From Eledone cirrhosa (lineage: Eukaryota), in contig OZ024744.1 of NCBI GenBank assembly GCA_964016885.1, positions 63,612,001 through 63,676,000 on the forward strand: a DNA stretch of 64,000 nt, read 5' to 3'. The position numbers and the translations under genes are program-made. Below the pieces are notes generated by a model. It saw nothing but the letters and a program-made list of their open reading frames with translations, had not been told where the DNA came from and did not search any database. Positions 62,059 through 64,000 of this stretch are shown here, one piece after another (positions within the stretch are counted from its first letter, which is position 1; each line of letters begins with the position of its first letter).

Positions 62059-63483
62059 CCCTTTAGCATTCACATTGAATTGTCAAATGTCATGTTCATC
62101 TATTCGCATTATTTTCACTTAATTATACTCAAGAGGGTTATCAATTTTATTTGTTTGTAATTACTTTAATTTTCTATGTGCAGACTCGAAATTTTGTCAG
62201 TAGATGTTTAAATAACTATAATTTACAATTATATATTTTTACCTGATTTTTTTTTGTTAAATTTGACTTTTATGGGCAGGTGAAATTAATTAACAGGTGT
62301 AAAAGTAATAACTTTATGGATAAACACAAAAATTTAAACTTTATCTGCCTTATCTGTTAGATTTGTTGCAAAAAAATCCAATAGTGACCTAGATGCTGAT
62401 TTCCATCAATTCTAGCAGTTTTCCGAGCAGGTGAATTAATTAAAAATGCAGGTGTAATCAGTACAAGGTTTTAGTCTTTCTCTACATTCAAGGCAAATAT
62501 TTTCATTGAAAAAAATGTATAAAACCTTTTCACCGGTCAAAATAATATTGGCAATGTACTCTGTAAATGTACGGTGTAAACTTACGTAACAGAATGTTCC
62601 CAATATATAAGTTTATACACATTTTAAAAATTTTCTGGCAATATTTCAATTAATGGTCGTACTTTGTACAGTGGGTCGTAATTTGATTCATTTCTACCAG
62701 GGGCATTTGAATACTGGTTTAATTTGATGAATCTCGTTTTTGCCATAATACTAGATATATAAGGGTTACCAAACCTTATATCAGTACTCCAATAATTCCA
62801 GTCGTGGAAATTGTTTAATACCAAACATAATATTTATGGTAAAAAACGCTTTCATTTCGGCAGAATCTGTTGGACGCCATAACATTGGGTTTTCCGATAT
62901 TATAAATTTGTTGTTGTGCATAGCGATTTGCCACAACTTCGAAGAAAGTTTGTGGTAAAAATTAAAAATAATAATCCAGTGCTTTAAGCATCGGGTGGTA
63001 ATGTGTGTTGTGGTCCAATATTTTCAGTAAAATCCGAAACATGTATCGATGTTGTTTCTTTCAAACATGTTGGTGTTTTTTCAATGGTGTCAGTCAAATC
63101 TTCTCTTTCACTTTCAAAGTGACAATCAGATATATCAGAAATAAATATATCTGATTCGTTTGAAGATAAATCACTGATATTATCTTCTGTTTCTTTTTGA
63201 TCTCGAATGTCGGCGGACGTAAAACCTTCAAATTCGTTGTCGCTACTTTCGGAAGCCATGTTACACTTTCAACGTTAAAAACAGGTGTTATCGCAAGTTC
63301 TTTAACTAAACTAAGAGTTAATTTTCGCGCGTAAGGGCTTTATCTCGCAGTAATCTCGAATTGACGAGATTTCGATGATGTCAATGTTTATTTTTAGGAG
63401 ATCTCCGTGTCATTAAATGTCGGTTTGAATAAATGAAAGGGGACATAATCTTGTCGGTTTCTGTTGGTTTGAATGCTAAAGGG
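62059..63483 (-). mobile_element. Internally deleted piggyBac transposon in an intron
   Basis: TTAA TSDs at 62055 and 63484; TIRs CCCTTTAGCATTCA; transposase remnants (acidic N-terminus, YWST, DPLYKVRPL). Confidence 0.92.
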
Positions 63484-63604
63484 TTAAACAGAATATTCTT
63501 TTCACTATACATATTTACTAAATTTTTAAGAATTTTTTTAGATTATCAATAATTAAAAATTACATGGGTTCTTTATAATGTAATGAATTTGTTTTAAATG
63601 CTAG

Positions 63605-63832
63605 AAGCTGAAACCCAAGTTAAAGATGGGTCACATGGGCAAAGGAAAACTGACTGGCAAGAATGCAGCTGCTCAGGCAGCATCAAATATCCGCAGACGG
63701 AGGACAAGATGTAAGAAATGCGAACCCTGTACACGCCAAGAATGTGCTGAATGCCATTTCTGTAAAGACATGAAAAAATTTGGTGGTCCTGGACGAATGA
63801 AGCAATCGTGTATCAGTCGCCAATGTATGGCT
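63605..63832 (+). CDS. KDM2: KDM2 CXXC zinc-finger exon; the gene continues beyond the window
   Basis: [40 protein letters not shown]. Confidence 0.97.
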
Positions 63833-63896
63833 GTAAGTAATTTTTTAATTTAAATATTTTTGTATTTTTAAGAAAAAGTTTGTTTTTTTTCTATTT

Positions 63897-63932
<36 letters not shown>

Positions 63933-64000
63933 TCCCCCTGTCCCCGTAAATATCAGCTCTTTTGCAAGATTGATAAAATATGACCATTTTTTTTCATTAT

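Overview
Animal genomic DNA. The (TA)n/(TATG)n density and repeat families suggest an octopod cephalopod; this is an inference, not a database result. Bases 1 to ~50.4 kb are retroelements embedded in kilobase-scale TA-rich microsatellites. They include a disrupted CR1-type LINE, one intact and several truncated RTE LINEs, an RLE-type (R2/R4/NeSL-like) fragment, tRNA-derived SINEs, a non-autonomous RTE derivative and many Penelope-like element (PLE) pieces. From ~52 kb to the end is a + strand KDM2/JHDM1 (JmjC + CXXC) gene, with mariner, Tc1-MITE, piggyBac and RTE relics in its introns. Nearly all long ORFs in the track (YIYI/MYVC) are microsatellite artefacts. The main signal the ORF track misses is about 16 type-I hammerhead ribozyme (HHR) motifs, some degenerate, from about 9 distinct sequence families within 50 kb. 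Many have atypical cores (10.1-11.1 mismatch, U3-A8, A4, very long stem II). One family lies in a ~420-bp ORF-less, terminally redundant, circularly permuted unit present twice, the pattern expected of a retrozyme / small circular RNA. All ribozyme folds were assigned by eye and none is tested.
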